IMG/VR virus record: IMGVR_UViG_3300020044_002317
Span: 1 to 24,898 of that record
From: a virus
Taxonomy: Duplodnaviria; Caudoviricetes
Length of the DNA: 24,898 nt
Direction: 5' to 3' (one strand)
The position numbers and the translations under genes were made by a program. The notes under the pieces were generated by a model, which was not told the origin of the DNA, searched no databases, and saw nothing but the letters and a program-made list of their open reading frames with translations. Shown here one piece after another: positions 1 through 8,876 of this stretch (positions are counted from its first letter, which is position 1; every line of letters begins with the position of its first letter).

Positions 1-1
1 A

Positions 2-106
2 TTAGATGAAAGATAAAACAATGATTGGTACGATTACACATAAAAGGCATAAAACTGCCTTAAATGTCGCTTTCTGTTGATCTGTGGAAGGTATAAACTG
101 ATTCAT
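2..106 (-). CDS. Small membrane protein (34 aa, MNQFIPSTDQQ...), early region
   Basis: ATG at 106 lies just after the stop of 111..383. Hydrophobic C-terminus. Identical copy at 8131..8235. The longer 2..247 ORF overlaps the neighbouring gene. Confidence 0.55.
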   Translation of the reverse strand: MNQFIPSTDQQKATFKAVLCLLCVIVPIIVLSFI

Positions 107-110
107 GATA

Positions 111-383
111 TTAAATATTTTCAATTGCATCCTGGTATGTATCAAAAAAACTTTCCTCACCGGTTTCAAAATCAGTGATAATGTAATCGACTGCTTGTCC
201 AAATGATGAAGCAATGCAAATTCCGTTTTCAAGTGCAATGTATACATATCCGGAGCTTGTATTAAATCCGCATTCCATTATTTCCTCCTTGAAAGCATTG
301 TTTTTGTATGCTTCCTGAATCAATATCCAACTTTGAAAATCTGCTGATCCTAAACTTTCAATAAATTCTTTTGTAGTTTTCAT
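111..383 (-). CDS. Hypothetical early protein (90 aa)
   Basis: First ORF after a Bacteroidota-type promoter, with A-rich leader (AAAACAAAACAAAATG). Conserved in the copy at 7854..8126. Confidence 0.85.
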   Translation of the reverse strand: MKTTKEFIESLGSADFQSWILIQEAYKNNAFKEEIMECGFNTSSGYVYIALENGICIASSFGQAVDYIITDFETGEESFFDTYQDAIENI

Positions 384-410
384 TTTGTTTTGTTTTGACG
401 TTTATATGGA

Positions 411-440
411 CAAATATATATACTTTAATTTAATATACAA
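411..440 (-). promoter_or_regulatory. Bacteroidota housekeeping-sigma promoter TTG-N19-TATATTTG
   Basis: Minus strand reads TTG (440-438), 19 nt, TATATTTG (418-411), matching the -33/-7 TTG-N19-TAnnTTTG consensus upstream of 383. Confidence 0.8.
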
Positions 441-503
441 CAAAACAACAGAAAAAAATGTGAATAAAATTTAAAATGCCTGATTTTATTGGGGTTTCAG
501 GTG

Positions 504-1109
504 TTAAAATTCTTTCAATAGGCAGTATGTAACGATCTTTTGATGCTTAACATAGCTCATGATCTGAACATATTTCGGTGTGTTATTCACTACCTGACAA
601 CCTAAAGACCAACCGCCAATGATTTCCCGGATCACCTCATTTTCCATGTCATAGGTATTCGCATGGAAGTTGATTCCGCAAATAACGGGCCTCGATACAC
701 CTTCTTCGATTTGTTGGTCCTTATCCCCATCTCGTGAAATCAGGAAAGGTTTGACCTGGACCAATGCCTCCATACGGCCTTTGTGTTTTCCGTATTTCCA
801 AACGTCATAATACCATTCGTTTGTTTTTACAACGGCAACACCTTCGGGATTATAGTCCGAGTATTTTAATAGACCATTCTTTCCGGCATTCGTTGTTCCT
901 GAACTTACTAAAATAAACTTTTGCAAATTGATATCCTGCGTGAATTCTGCGCCCGTGTTCTGGAATAGGTACAACTTGTCATCAAATACGTTAAAAGCAT
1001 CCTCCGTTGATTGTATACCGATGATGTAAAAGCCTTTCGGGAATCCTTTGAATGTCGGAAGTCCTTTTATTTTTTTAAGGATTTGTTGATCGGTGTAAGA
1101 TCGTACCAT
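504..1109 (-). CDS. Putative endolysin, L,D-transpeptidase (YkuD)-like catalytic motif (201 aa)
   Basis: Motif GINFH-x18-SLGCQV, downstream of holin-like genes. The real start is 1109 (TAATG overlap, mirrors 7128..7733). Homologous to 12671..13255. Confidence 0.7.
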   Translation of the reverse strand: MVRSYTDQQILKKIKGLPTFKGFPKGFYIIGIQSTEDAFNVFDDKLYLFQNTGAEFTQDINLQKFILVSSGTTNAGKNGLLKYSDYNPEGVAVVKTNEWYYDVWKYGKHKGRMEALVQVKPFLISRDGDKDQQIEEGVSRPVICGINFHANTYDMENEVIREIIGGWSLGCQVVNNTPKYVQIMSYVKHQKIVTYCLLKEF

Positions 1110-1342
1110 TAAACCAAATATTTCGGAAGTTCTACTTTGTTCACCCAATCGATTATATCGGAATCCTCCCAAGAGTCTACATAGGTGAATCCATCGAACT
1201 GCACACCGAATTCTGCGGTGTCGGTTGTTAATAGTACGGAAGCCGAACAAGTCTTTGCTCCGATGTTATCCGTTACGTTCGTCACCTCAACCGTTGGATC
1301 GGTGATTGTTACGTTAAATTGTGGAAATTTGTATGTTGCCAT
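1109..1342 (-). CDS. Small acidic hypothetical protein (77 aa), possible partner of the upstream receptor-binding protein
   Basis: Tightly coupled ORF, conserved in the copy at 6895..7128 with mostly synonymous changes. Confidence 0.75.
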   Translation of the reverse strand: MATYKFPQFNVTITDPTVEVTNVTDNIGAKTCSASVLLTTDTAEFGVQFDGFTYVDSWEDSDIIDWVNKVELPKYLV

Positions 1343-1343
1343 T

Positions 1344-2183
1344 TTATGTAAGTGTTGTGCCTGTTACTGTGAATGTTCGAACTGCGATGTATTTATAGGT
1401 AGAACCTTTTATATTGTTCAAAATAGATCCTATAAATGTGTCATAGTAGTATGCTTGATTAGTAAAAGAATGAATGGTTGTGCTTGACCAAAGCTGATTA
1501 CCTGTTGGTATATTTATTGGTGAGTAATCAAAAGGATTAGTAATTCCAAAACATGTTAAGTTTGATAACTCTTTTAAATTCGGAAGCCTCCACCCTTTTG
1601 TATATGTTGCAATACTGACAGCTGCTGCTCCATCAACTGCATCATTCCAAGTTACTGCCGTTGCGCTTAATGTACTGCGATAACCCAAAACCGTGCTTCC
1701 ATCGTATGTTGACCAATCAATTACTATCTTATTCGTGAATATTTCAGTACCGAGTTCGTCCAAGAATCTCTTTGTATTGCCGTATGGGTTGTTACCGAGC
1801 AAAGCCAAGAATGATGTTTGCCGACCTTCTTGAATCCACCCATCATCATCATTTCGATAGGATATTGTCTGTCCAGTTTTTAAAAGTTTCGCTCCTATTG
1901 GAGCTGCTACGCTTCCTCCCGTAGCCGTTTTAAAACCCGTGTTTTCACGCAGGAAAGTTTGGAACGTGGCAAAGGTATATGCAACGGCTGCTCCATTATC
2001 GATTTCACCGGCTAATAATTGCGCCCGTGTAACCGTGAAAGATCCGCCAACCGTTTCCCGAATTGTGAAAACTTGCGTTGATTGATTATAGGAATACGTT
2101 GTGTAACCCTTTGCGAATTCATGCATCACGGTACCCGTGTCGGTAATGATGTAATTCCCTGAACTATATACTTTAAGTGCCAT
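1344..2183 (-). CDS. Putative receptor-binding protein with C-terminal DUF1566/Lcl-like (C-type lectin fold) domain (279 aa)
   Basis: Motifs LLKTGQT.SY, DDG..Q.G, GWRLPN.KEL, LWSST, AVR.F. The N-terminal ~90 aa resemble the fibre N-terminus. Confidence 0.75.
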   Translation of the reverse strand: MALKVYSSGNYIITDTGTVMHEFAKGYTTYSYNQSTQVFTIRETVGGSFTVTRAQLLAGEIDNGAAVAYTFATFQTFLRENTGFKTATGGSVAAPIGAKLLKTGQTISYRNDDDGWIQEGRQTSFLALLGNNPYGNTKRFLDELGTEIFTNKIVIDWSTYDGSTVLGYRSTLSATAVTWNDAVDGAAAVSIATYTKGWRLPNLKELSNLTCFGITNPFDYSPINIPTGNQLWSSTTIHSFTNQAYYYDTFIGSILNNIKGSTYKYIAVRTFTVTGTTLT

Positions 2184-2386
2184 TATTTAAGTTTTTTTTG
2201 TGCGTGAAATACTGCCTTTCCTCCAAAGAATACCGCAGCGAATGTGAGTGCGATGATGATTTCCTCCGTTTTTACCGTTCCCAATGAAAGAACTGCCGTA
2301 CATGCTCCGGAAATCGCAGTCGATAACTGACCACTAATGCGATGTTCTCGTGGTGTTGGTGATAATATGCGCTTCAATAGGTTCAT
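2183..2386 (-). CDS. Holin-like small membrane protein (67 aa)
   Basis: Two hydrophobic segments, basic C-terminus, upstream of the putative endolysin. Confidence 0.6.
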   Translation of the reverse strand: MNLLKRILSPTPREHRISGQLSTAISGACTAVLSLGTVKTEEIIIALTFAAVFFGGKAVFHAQKKLK

Positions 2387-2700
2387 AGTTTCGCTTTAAT
2401 TAATTGTTGGATGACTTTTGTAAGTTCTGCAACATCCTTTGATATTTGATCGAGCTTTAATTGTGTCAGTTGTTCGATTCTGGTGATGTCATTGGTCGCT
2501 TGTTGTTGGACCATTTCAATCTTTCCTTTGAGTTTCCCGACCTCTTCCGAAAAATGCAGGTGTTGAAGTTCGCTTTGTCGCTTGTGTTCCTTCATCCCTG
2601 CGTGAACATCCCGTAAAAAGTACGAAATGATACCCAGAAAGCCCATCATTAAGTAGTCCATTATTTGCATCGCATCCATTATTTCGAATAATTCTTGCAT
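2383..2700 (-). CDS. Membrane-anchored coiled-coil protein (105 aa), lysis region
   Basis: N-terminal hydrophobic segment then a heptad-rich tail. Protein identical to 5537..5854 despite 10 synonymous differences counted by hand. Confidence 0.8.
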   Translation of the reverse strand: MQELFEIMDAMQIMDYLMMGFLGIISYFLRDVHAGMKEHKRQSELQHLHFSEEVGKLKGKIEMVQQQATNDITRIEQLTQLKLDQISKDVAELTKVIQQLIKAKL

Positions 2701-2704
2701 AAAG

Positions 2705-3010
2705 TTACAAAATAATAGTAGCGGTATAGCCGATTTCCGTGAATCTTTGTGCCGTGTAATTCAACGCAACCTCAATCGATTGATTTTCAGTAACGAGAAT
2801 TGAAAACTCGAATGGTTGTGAATGAATGGTTGTATAAAGTTCATCACCGGAAAGGAAATGGCTTTCATCTATGTACGTTTTGAATGTCACCGAGATAGTT
2901 GATCCATCAGGATGTGCGACAAATTCAATCCGAACATAAACAGAAGTCAATTCAATATCCGTTCCGTGTATCTTTATTAGTTCCGTGTTTGGTGTAAGTA
3001 GTATTCCCAT
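2705..3010 (-). CDS. Small protein downstream of the tail fibre (101 aa), possible fibre chaperone
   Basis: TAATG-coupled to the fibre gene in all three copies. Function inferred from position only. Confidence 0.75.
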   Translation of the reverse strand: MGILLTPNTELIKIHGTDIELTSVYVRIEFVAHPDGSTISVTFKTYIDESHFLSGDELYTTIHSQPFEFSILVTENQSIEVALNYTAQRFTEIGYTATIIL

Positions 3011-4344
3011 TAGTCTATTCTTTTATACTTTAAAATTGAACCTTTCCAAGTGCGTGATGTTCGTCCTGCTCCTGCTGAAGCATTTCTGAATTGAAAGTTG
3101 AAAGTAGCATTTGCCGATGGATTAAAATTAAAATTAAGGGTAGCAGCATTTAAAAAATCAATGTTTAACGATACTAAATTAAACGTACCAATACTTGCTG
3201 TTGCAGATGTACCCGCAATAATTCTCGGTGTAGTTTGGTCTGAAGCAAGTGCTATTCCATAGCCATTTAAAACTCCTGAAGTTAATGAAAATCGGCAGTC
3301 ATAATCTGAAGTAGCATTATTTCCTGACCAACAAATATTCATTTCAATCATATAATGACCTCCTGCAACAACAGAGAATTGAAGTTCAGTATCGTTTTGA
3401 AAAGTTGCGTTATTCGTTACGTCTTGATTTGCGCTTTTTACAATAGTTGTCCATCCTTCGGGGTTAGTATTATTTGGAACTGACCAAGTGTTATCACCTC
3501 GCAGGAAGGTTGTCGCTGAAGGTGTTCCCGTTGCGCTCAATTCCGTTGTTCCAACCGTTGCAGCATCGATATTCCATACCGTACCCGAACTTGAAACCGT
3601 TATATCACCTTTATCCCCATCGGTCAAACCAATTACATCACCAACAAAAAGAAAGTTTCCATCTGTACAAGCCGTGTCAAAGTTTGATTTGGTTCCGCTT
3701 ATCCCTACAATGGAAGTTTGATCTCCGGTGTTCGTTCCTGATGTGTTACCAATTACTACTAATTGTGCATCGGTCACATATCTTTTATTCAGCGAATCGG
3801 AAATATCAGCCGTTGATGCATCCGCTCCTGAAGTGATAAGTCCATTCGTATCGTAGGTTATCTTTGTCTTCGTTGCACCCGTTATCGGAGCATTCGGTGT
3901 GAGCTTTCCGTTCCATGTGCTTTTTTCCGTATCCGTAACTAATCGATAAGATGCCGATTGCGTTACTTTACTCCCATCGACATCACTTATTTTTGCATTG
4001 TCAACCGCCAAGTTGTCAATGGTCCAAACCGTGCCCCCACCGCTTACTGTTATATCACCTTTGTCTCCATCGGAAACCCCTCCGCTACCGCCCGGAGGTG
4101 ACTTAAAACCCGTGTTTGCTCGGAGAAAAGTGAGTAAGGTTGCGAGTGTATAGGCAGTTGTTCCCGGCTCATCGTATATCGTACCAACGGAAGCAACCGG
4201 AATAACAAGTGACAAACCAAATAAATCGTTTATAGTGATTGCCGTTGCCGTTTCATGATAACGTGTATAGTAAATCGAGAACTCATATTTTTCGCCCCCG
4301 ATTTCACCGATTACATAGTTGTTTTTCAAATATAGTTTATCCAT
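3010..4344 (-). CDS. Tail fibre-like protein (444 aa), tip allele 1
   Basis: G/T/S-rich shaft, two DGDKGDITVS.GTVW.ID repeats, SGTNTGDQ and TFLRGD motifs, variable beta-rich C-terminal domain. Confidence 0.8.
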   Translation of the reverse strand: MDKLYLKNNYVIGEIGGEKYEFSIYYTRYHETATAITINDLFGLSLVIPVASVGTIYDEPGTTAYTLATLLTFLRANTGFKSPPGGSGGVSDGDKGDITVSGGGTVWTIDNLAVDNAKISDVDGSKVTQSASYRLVTDTEKSTWNGKLTPNAPITGATKTKITYDTNGLITSGADASTADISDSLNKRYVTDAQLVVIGNTSGTNTGDQTSIVGISGTKSNFDTACTDGNFLFVGDVIGLTDGDKGDITVSSSGTVWNIDAATVGTTELSATGTPSATTFLRGDNTWSVPNNTNPEGWTTIVKSANQDVTNNATFQNDTELQFSVVAGGHYMIEMNICWSGNNATSDYDCRFSLTSGVLNGYGIALASDQTTPRIIAGTSATASIGTFNLVSLNIDFLNAATLNFNFNPSANATFNFQFRNASAGAGRTSRTWKGSILKYKRID

Positions 4345-4605
4345 TAGTAGTGCGTTCTTTGGTTTTTAAACTTGTCACCTACCTTGCATTTCAATGATGC
4401 CTTTCGACTGAAATCGTAATAGGTTAAATCAGGGGATTCCTGGACGATCACCGGAAGATCAAGGTATCTATAAGAATGATTGTGAGCATTGTAATCCGAT
4501 ATGAATAGTTCATTTTCAGAAATTAAATATAGTTCCGTTAATGGTCTCAAATTACATTCATCCAAAGGATCTGTAAGGATCTCGTAATCATTCAGGTTTT
4601 CCCGA
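4344..4605 (-). pseudogene. 3' fragment of the structural gene seen more completely at 24192..24898
   Basis: RENLNDYEILTDPLDEC...RTHY matches the 24192 protein. Homology stops at 4605. The N-terminus of ORF 4344..4751 is antisense fibre sequence. Confidence 0.9.
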
Positions 4606-5227
4606 TGGGGATAAAGGTGATATAACGCTTTCAAGTTCAGGTACGGTATGGAATATCGATGCTGCAACGGTTGGAACAACGGAATTAAGCGCAACGGGTA
4701 CACCTTCAGCGACAACCTTCCTGCGAGGGGATAACACTTGGTCAACACCAACGGCTTCCGATCCTGCAGGATGGACTACTATCGTAAAAAGCGCAAATCA
4801 AGATGTGACAAATAGTGTGGTATTTCAAGACGATACAGAGTTGCAGTTTTCCGTTGTTGCAGGGGGGTATTATATGGTTGAACTAGACCTTTGTTATTCG
4901 GGAAATAATACAACGGGAGATTATCAAGGTAGATTTCAATTGAATGGAGGAACAATGCAGGGACAAGGGCAGTATGTCGGAATGACGGCAGCGGGAGCAA
5001 TTCAAACCGTTCTTATTTTGGTATCAGCTTCAGCAGCTTCATCGGGTTTTGTTTTTGGTGTTAACTCTGCTAACTTTGATTATTTACATTCTCCACGTTT
5101 TCAGTTTGCTTTTTCTTGTACGGCAAATGCCACATTTAAATATCAATTCTGTAATGTATCGGCAGCAGCAGGGCGAACATCACGAACAAATAAAGGTTCT
5201 ATTTTAAAATACAAAAGAATAAATTAA
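4604..5227 (+). pseudogene. 5'-truncated tail fibre (C-terminal 207 aa), tip allele 2
   Basis: The frame reads DGDKGDITLSSSGTVWNID...GWTTIVKSANQDVTN...KGSILKYKRIN from 4604. There is an upstream in-frame TAA at 4574-4576 and no start codon before the junction. GTG 4805 is an internal Val. Confidence 0.9.
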
Positions 5228-5532
5228 TGGGAATACTACTTACACCAAACACGGAACTAATAAAGATACACGGAACGGATATTGAATTGACTTCCGTTTA
5301 TGTTCGAATCGAATTCGTTGCGCATCCTGACGGATTAACTATCTCGGTGACCTTCAAAACGTACATAGATGAAAATCATTTCCTTTCCGGTGATGAACTT
5401 TATACAACCATTCATTCACAACCTTTTGAGTTTTCTATATTGTCAACTGAAATTCAATCGATTGAGGTTGCTTTGAATTACACAGCACAAAGATTCACGG
5501 AAATCGGCTATACCGCTACTATTATTTTGTAA
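5227..5532 (+). CDS. 101-aa fibre-associated protein, copy 2
   Basis: Near-identical to 2705..3010. Confidence 0.75.
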   Translation: MGILLTPNTELIKIHGTDIELTSVYVRIEFVAHPDGLTISVTFKTYIDENHFLSGDELYTTIHSQPFEFSILSTEIQSIEVALNYTAQRFTEIGYTATIIL

Positions 5533-5536
5533 CTTT

Positions 5537-5854
5537 ATGCAAGAATTATTCGAAATAATGGATGCGATGCAAATAATGGACTACTTAATGATGGGCTTTC
5601 TGGGGATCATTTCGTACTTTTTACGGGATGTTCATGCAGGAATGAAGGAACACAAGCGACAAAGCGAACTTCAACACCTACATTTTTCGGAGGAGGTCGG
5701 GAAACTCAAAGGAAAGATTGAAATGGTCCAACAACAAGCGACCAATGACATCACAAGAATCGAACAACTTACTCAATTAAAGCTCGATCAAATATCAAAG
5801 GATGTTGCAGAACTTACAAAGGTCATCCAACAATTAATAAAAGCGAAACTATGA
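5537..5854 (+). CDS. Membrane-anchored coiled-coil protein, copy 2
   Basis: Identical protein to 2383..2700. Confidence 0.8.
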   Translation: MQELFEIMDAMQIMDYLMMGFLGIISYFLRDVHAGMKEHKRQSELQHLHFSEEVGKLKGKIEMVQQQATNDITRIEQLTQLKLDQISKDVAELTKVIQQLIKAKL

Positions 5855-6054
5855 ACCTATTGAAGCGCATATTATCACCAACACCCCGACAACATCGGAT
5901 TAATGGTCAGTTATCGACTGCGATTTCCGGTGCATGTACGGCAGTTCTTTCATTGGGAACGGTAAAGACAGAGGAAATTATTATTGCACTCACATTTTGC
6001 GCTGTATTATTCGGAGGCAAAGCAGTATTTCACGCACAAAAAACACTTAAATAA
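5851..6054 (+). CDS. Holin-like protein, copy 2
   Basis: Near-identical to 2183..2386, two hydrophobic segments. Confidence 0.6.
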   Translation: MNLLKRILSPTPRQHRINGQLSTAISGACTAVLSLGTVKTEEIIIALTFCAVLFGGKAVFHAQKTLK

Positions 6055-6893
6055 TGGCACTTAAAGTTTATAGTTCAGGAAATTATATCATCACGGATAC
6101 GGGTACTGTGATGCATGAATTCGCAAAGGGTTACACAACGTATTCCTATAATCAATCGACGCAAGTTTTCACAATTAGGGAAACGGTTGGCGGATCCTTT
6201 ACAGTTACACGAGCGCAATTATTAGCCGGTGAGATCGATAATGGAGCAGCCGTTGCATATACCTTTGCCACGTTCCAAACTTTTTTAAGGGAAAACACGG
6301 GTTTTAAAACGGCTACGGGAGGAAGCGTAGCAGCTCCAATAGGAGCGAAACTTTTAAAAACTGGACAAACAATATCCTATCGAAATGATGATGATGGGTG
6401 GCTTCAAGAAGGTCGGCAAACATCATTCTTGGCTTTGCTCGGAAATAACCCATACGGCAATACAAAGAGATTTTTAGACGAACTCGGAACGGAAATATTC
6501 ACGAATAAGATAGTAATTGATTGGTCAACATACGATGGAAGCACGGTTTTGGGTTATCGCAGTACATTAAGCGCAACGGCAGTAACTTGGAACGATGCAA
6601 TAGATGGAGCAGCAGCTGTCAGTATTGCAACATATACAAAAGGGTGGAGGCTTCCGAATTTAAAAGAGTTATCAAACTTAACAGCTTTTGGAATTACTAA
6701 TCCTTTTGATTACTCACCAATAAATATACCCACAGGTAATCAGCTTTGGTCAAGCACAACCATTCATTCTTTTACTAATCAAGCATACTACTATGACACA
6801 TTTATAGGATCTATTTTGAACAATATAAAAGGTTCTACCTATAAATACATCGCAGTTCGAACATTCACCGTAACAGGCACAACACTTACATAA
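6054..6893 (+). CDS. DUF1566/Lcl-like domain receptor-binding protein, copy 2
   Basis: Three amino-acid differences seen versus 1344..2183 (I/L, V/I, C/A). Confidence 0.75.
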   Translation: MALKVYSSGNYIITDTGTVMHEFAKGYTTYSYNQSTQVFTIRETVGGSFTVTRAQLLAGEIDNGAAVAYTFATFQTFLRENTGFKTATGGSVAAPIGAKLLKTGQTISYRNDDDGWLQEGRQTSFLALLGNNPYGNTKRFLDELGTEIFTNKIVIDWSTYDGSTVLGYRSTLSATAVTWNDAIDGAAAVSIATYTKGWRLPNLKELSNLTAFGITNPFDYSPINIPTGNQLWSSTTIHSFTNQAYYYDTFIGSILNNIKGSTYKYIAVRTFTVTGTTLT

Positions 6894-6894
6894 A

Positions 6895-7128
6895 ATGGCA
6901 ACATATAAATTTCCCCAATTCAACGTAACCATAACAGACCCTTCTGTAGAAGTGGTAAACGTAACGGATAACATAGGAGCAAAGACTTGTTCGGCATCCG
7001 TACTATTAACAACCGACACCGCAGAATTCGGTGTGCAATTCGATGGCTTTACCTATGTTGATTCATGGGAGGATTCCGATATTATCGATTGGGTTAACAA
7101 GGTGGAACTTCCGAAATATTTGGTTTAA
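6895..7128 (+). CDS. 77-aa acidic protein, copy 2
   Basis: Near-identical to 1109..1342. Confidence 0.75.
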   Translation: MATYKFPQFNVTITDPSVEVVNVTDNIGAKTCSASVLLTTDTAEFGVQFDGFTYVDSWEDSDIIDWVNKVELPKYLV

Positions 7129-7733
7129 TGGTTCGCTCATACACCGATCAACAAATACTTAAAAAGATCAAAGGACTTCCGACATTCAAAGGATTCCCGA
7201 AAGGCTTTTACATCATCGGCATTCAATCAACGGAGGATGCATTCAATGTATTCGATGATAAGTTGTACCTATTCCAAAACACGGGTGCAGAATTCACGCA
7301 TGATATCAACTTGCAAAAGTTCATTTTAGTAAGTTCAGGAACAACGAATGCCGGAAAGAATGGTCTATTGAAATACTCGGACTATAATCCCGAAGGTGTT
7401 GCCGTTGTAAAAACAAACGAATGGTATTACGATGTATGGAAATACGGAAAGCACAAGGGCAGGATGGAGGCATTGGTCCAGGTCAAACCATTCCTGATAT
7501 CCAGAGATGGGGATAAGGACCAGGACATCGAAGAGGGTGATTCCCGTCCGGTTATTTGCGGAATCAACTTCCATGCGAATACCTATGACATGGAAAACGA
7601 GGTGATCCGGGAAATCATTGGAGGTTGGTCTTTAGGTTGTCAGGTAGTGAATAACACACCGAAATATGTTCAGATAATGAGCTATGTGAAGCATCAAAAG
7701 ATCGTTACATACTGCCTATTAAAAGAATTTTAA
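7128..7733 (+). CDS. Putative endolysin (YkuD-like motif), copy 2
   Basis: GINFH-x18-SLGCQV motif, near-identical to 504..1109. Confidence 0.7.
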   Translation: MVRSYTDQQILKKIKGLPTFKGFPKGFYIIGIQSTEDAFNVFDDKLYLFQNTGAEFTHDINLQKFILVSSGTTNAGKNGLLKYSDYNPEGVAVVKTNEWYYDVWKYGKHKGRMEALVQVKPFLISRDGDKDQDIEEGDSRPVICGINFHANTYDMENEVIREIIGGWSLGCQVVNNTPKYVQIMSYVKHQKIVTYCLLKEF

Positions 7734-7796
7734 CATCTGAAACCCCAATAAAATCAGGCATTTCAAATTTTATTCACATTTTTTTCTATTGTTTTG

Positions 7797-7826
7797 TTGT
7801 ATATTAAATTAAAGTAAATATATTTG
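7797..7826 (+). promoter_or_regulatory. Bacteroidota-type promoter TTG-N19-TATATTTG
   Basis: TTG 7797-7799 and TATATTTG 7819-7826, upstream of the small-gene cluster. Confidence 0.8.
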
Positions 7827-7853
7827 TACATATAAACGTCAAAACAAAACAAA

Positions 7854-8126
7854 ATGAAAACTACAAAAGAATTTATTGAAAGTTTAGGATCAGCAGATTT
7901 TCAAAGTTGGTTATTGATTCAGGAAGCATACAAAAACAATGCTTTCAAGGAGGAAATAATGGAATGCGGATTTAATACAAACTCCGGTTATGTATACATT
8001 GCACTTGAAAACGGAATTTGCATTGCTTCATCATTTGGACAAGCAGTCGATTACATTATTACTGATTTTGAAACCGGTGAGGAAAGTTTTTTTGATACAT
8101 ACCAGGATGCAATTAAAAATATTTAA
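7854..8126 (+). CDS. Hypothetical early protein (90 aa), copy 2
   Basis: Mirror of 111..383. Confidence 0.85.
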   Translation: MKTTKEFIESLGSADFQSWLLIQEAYKNNAFKEEIMECGFNTNSGYVYIALENGICIASSFGQAVDYIITDFETGEESFFDTYQDAIKNI

Positions 8127-8130
8127 TATC

Positions 8131-8235
8131 ATGAATCAGTTTATACCTTCCACAGATCAACAGAAAGCGACATTTAAGGCAGTTTTATGCCTTTTATGTG
8201 TAATCGTACCAATCATTGTTTTATCTTTCATCTAA
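8131..8235 (+). CDS. Small membrane protein (34 aa), copy 2
   Basis: ATG at 8131 after the stop at 8126, hydrophobic tail. Confidence 0.55.
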   Translation: MNQFIPSTDQQKATFKAVLCLLCVIVPIIVLSFI

Positions 8236-8245
8236 TCGCACGAAA

Positions 8246-8467
8246 ATGGGAACATTTATGAACACCGCAATTACTTTCAAGGATGTTAATTTCGATATTC
8301 AATTCGAATTCACTCCGGAAATTGTCGAGGATGACAACTTTGGCTATTCAGCGCAGGTCGATATCGACACAATCACACACAATGGGATTGAATTTTACGA
8401 AATCATGGTTCCGTACATCGAGGAACTCGAACAATTAATCCTTGACAAGTTATGCGAACGTACATAG
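8246..8467 (+). CDS. Acidic hypothetical protein
   Basis: ORF 8216..8467. ATG 8246 (or 8258) is the more plausible start. Confidence 0.7.
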   Translation: MGTFMNTAITFKDVNFDIQFEFTPEIVEDDNFGYSAQVDIDTITHNGIEFYEIMVPYIEELEQLILDKLCERT

Positions 8468-8607
8468 CAACGGCATTCCAGGTCCTGAACGGGAAAAAAG
8501 TTCCGTTTAAATCATGCAAGGTAACGGCTTATGACAAGGATCACGCAAAAGTAAAAGCAAGTTTAGAACTTGACATTCATCAATCAGTAATCAAAATCAA
8601 ATCATGA
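8452..8607 (+). CDS. Hypothetical protein (51 aa, MRTYIATAFQVLNGKK...), not in the ORF track
   Basis: Fills the gap exactly and its TGA overlaps ATG 8604 (ATGA). Confidence 0.65.
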   Translation: MRTYIATAFQVLNGKKVPFKSCKVTAYDKDHAKVKASLELDIHQSVIKIKS

Positions 8608-8876
8608 AAACAACAATCGAACGAATGAGGGAAAGCATCGAACAACTTTCCTCGGTAAGCATCAGCGATGTGATTAAAGAATCTCTTTTGCATTATTGCG
8701 ATGTACTTTACGAATCCGAAAAGGATGACATCCGCAGGGCATTTGATAAAGGCTATCGGAACGGATCAATCAATCAGGATAAGATAAACAACGGTCAAAC
8801 GGACCTGGAAACGATCACCGGAAAAGATTATTTTAAAGAAACATTTAAAAACGGAAGTTATGAATTCAAAGGGTAA
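8604..8876 (+). CDS. Hypothetical protein (90 aa)
   Basis: Coupled ORF. EKDDI..AF..G and YFKETFK resemble the next ORF (EKGQI..SY..G, YYNETFK). Confidence 0.75.
   Translation: MKTTIERMRESIEQLSSVSISDVIKESLLHYCDVLYESEKDDIRRAFDKGYRNGSINQDKINNGQTDLETITGKDYFKETFKNGSYEFKG

Larger units (their letters stand above)
1..3623. repeat. Left arm of a large imperfect inverted repeat (partner 4602-8236)
   Basis: ORF boundaries pair as i and 8237-i (111/8126, 504/7733, 1344/6893, 2705/5532, 3010/5227) with near-identical proteins. 3410-3623 also matches 4602-4815 reversed, but the fibre tip between is divergent. The arm may extend beyond the window start. Confidence 0.97.
2705..4605. repeat. Imperfect direct repeat of 22553-24453 (fibre module)
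   Basis: Constant offset of 19848 nt (2705/22553, 3010/22858, 4344/24192, 4605/24453). Confidence 0.95.
4602..8236. repeat. Right arm of the large imperfect inverted repeat
   Basis: Reverse complement of 1-3623, with a divergent fibre tip that is 12 nt longer. Confidence 0.97.

Noticed and set aside
1110-1250. N-terminal extension of the 248-aa ORF 504..1250
   Set aside because: It overlaps the 77-aa gene in another frame and is absent from the mirror copy. The true start is 1109.
1344-1520. DUF1566-like C-terminus as a diversity-generating retroelement variable region, with 6720-6893 as template
   Set aside because: The two copies encode identical C-termini with no adenine-specific differences, and no reverse transcriptase is in the window. 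A DGR elsewhere in the genome cannot be excluded.
4606-4751. N-terminus of ORF 4344..4751 as a novel fusion protein
   Set aside because: It is the antisense of the fibre repeat region (same text as shadow ORF 3474..3836) read across the junction.
1-8236. Simple fold-back (palindromic) read artefact of one molecule
   Set aside because: The arms differ by many mostly synonymous substitutions and a different fibre tip, so they derive from two alleles.
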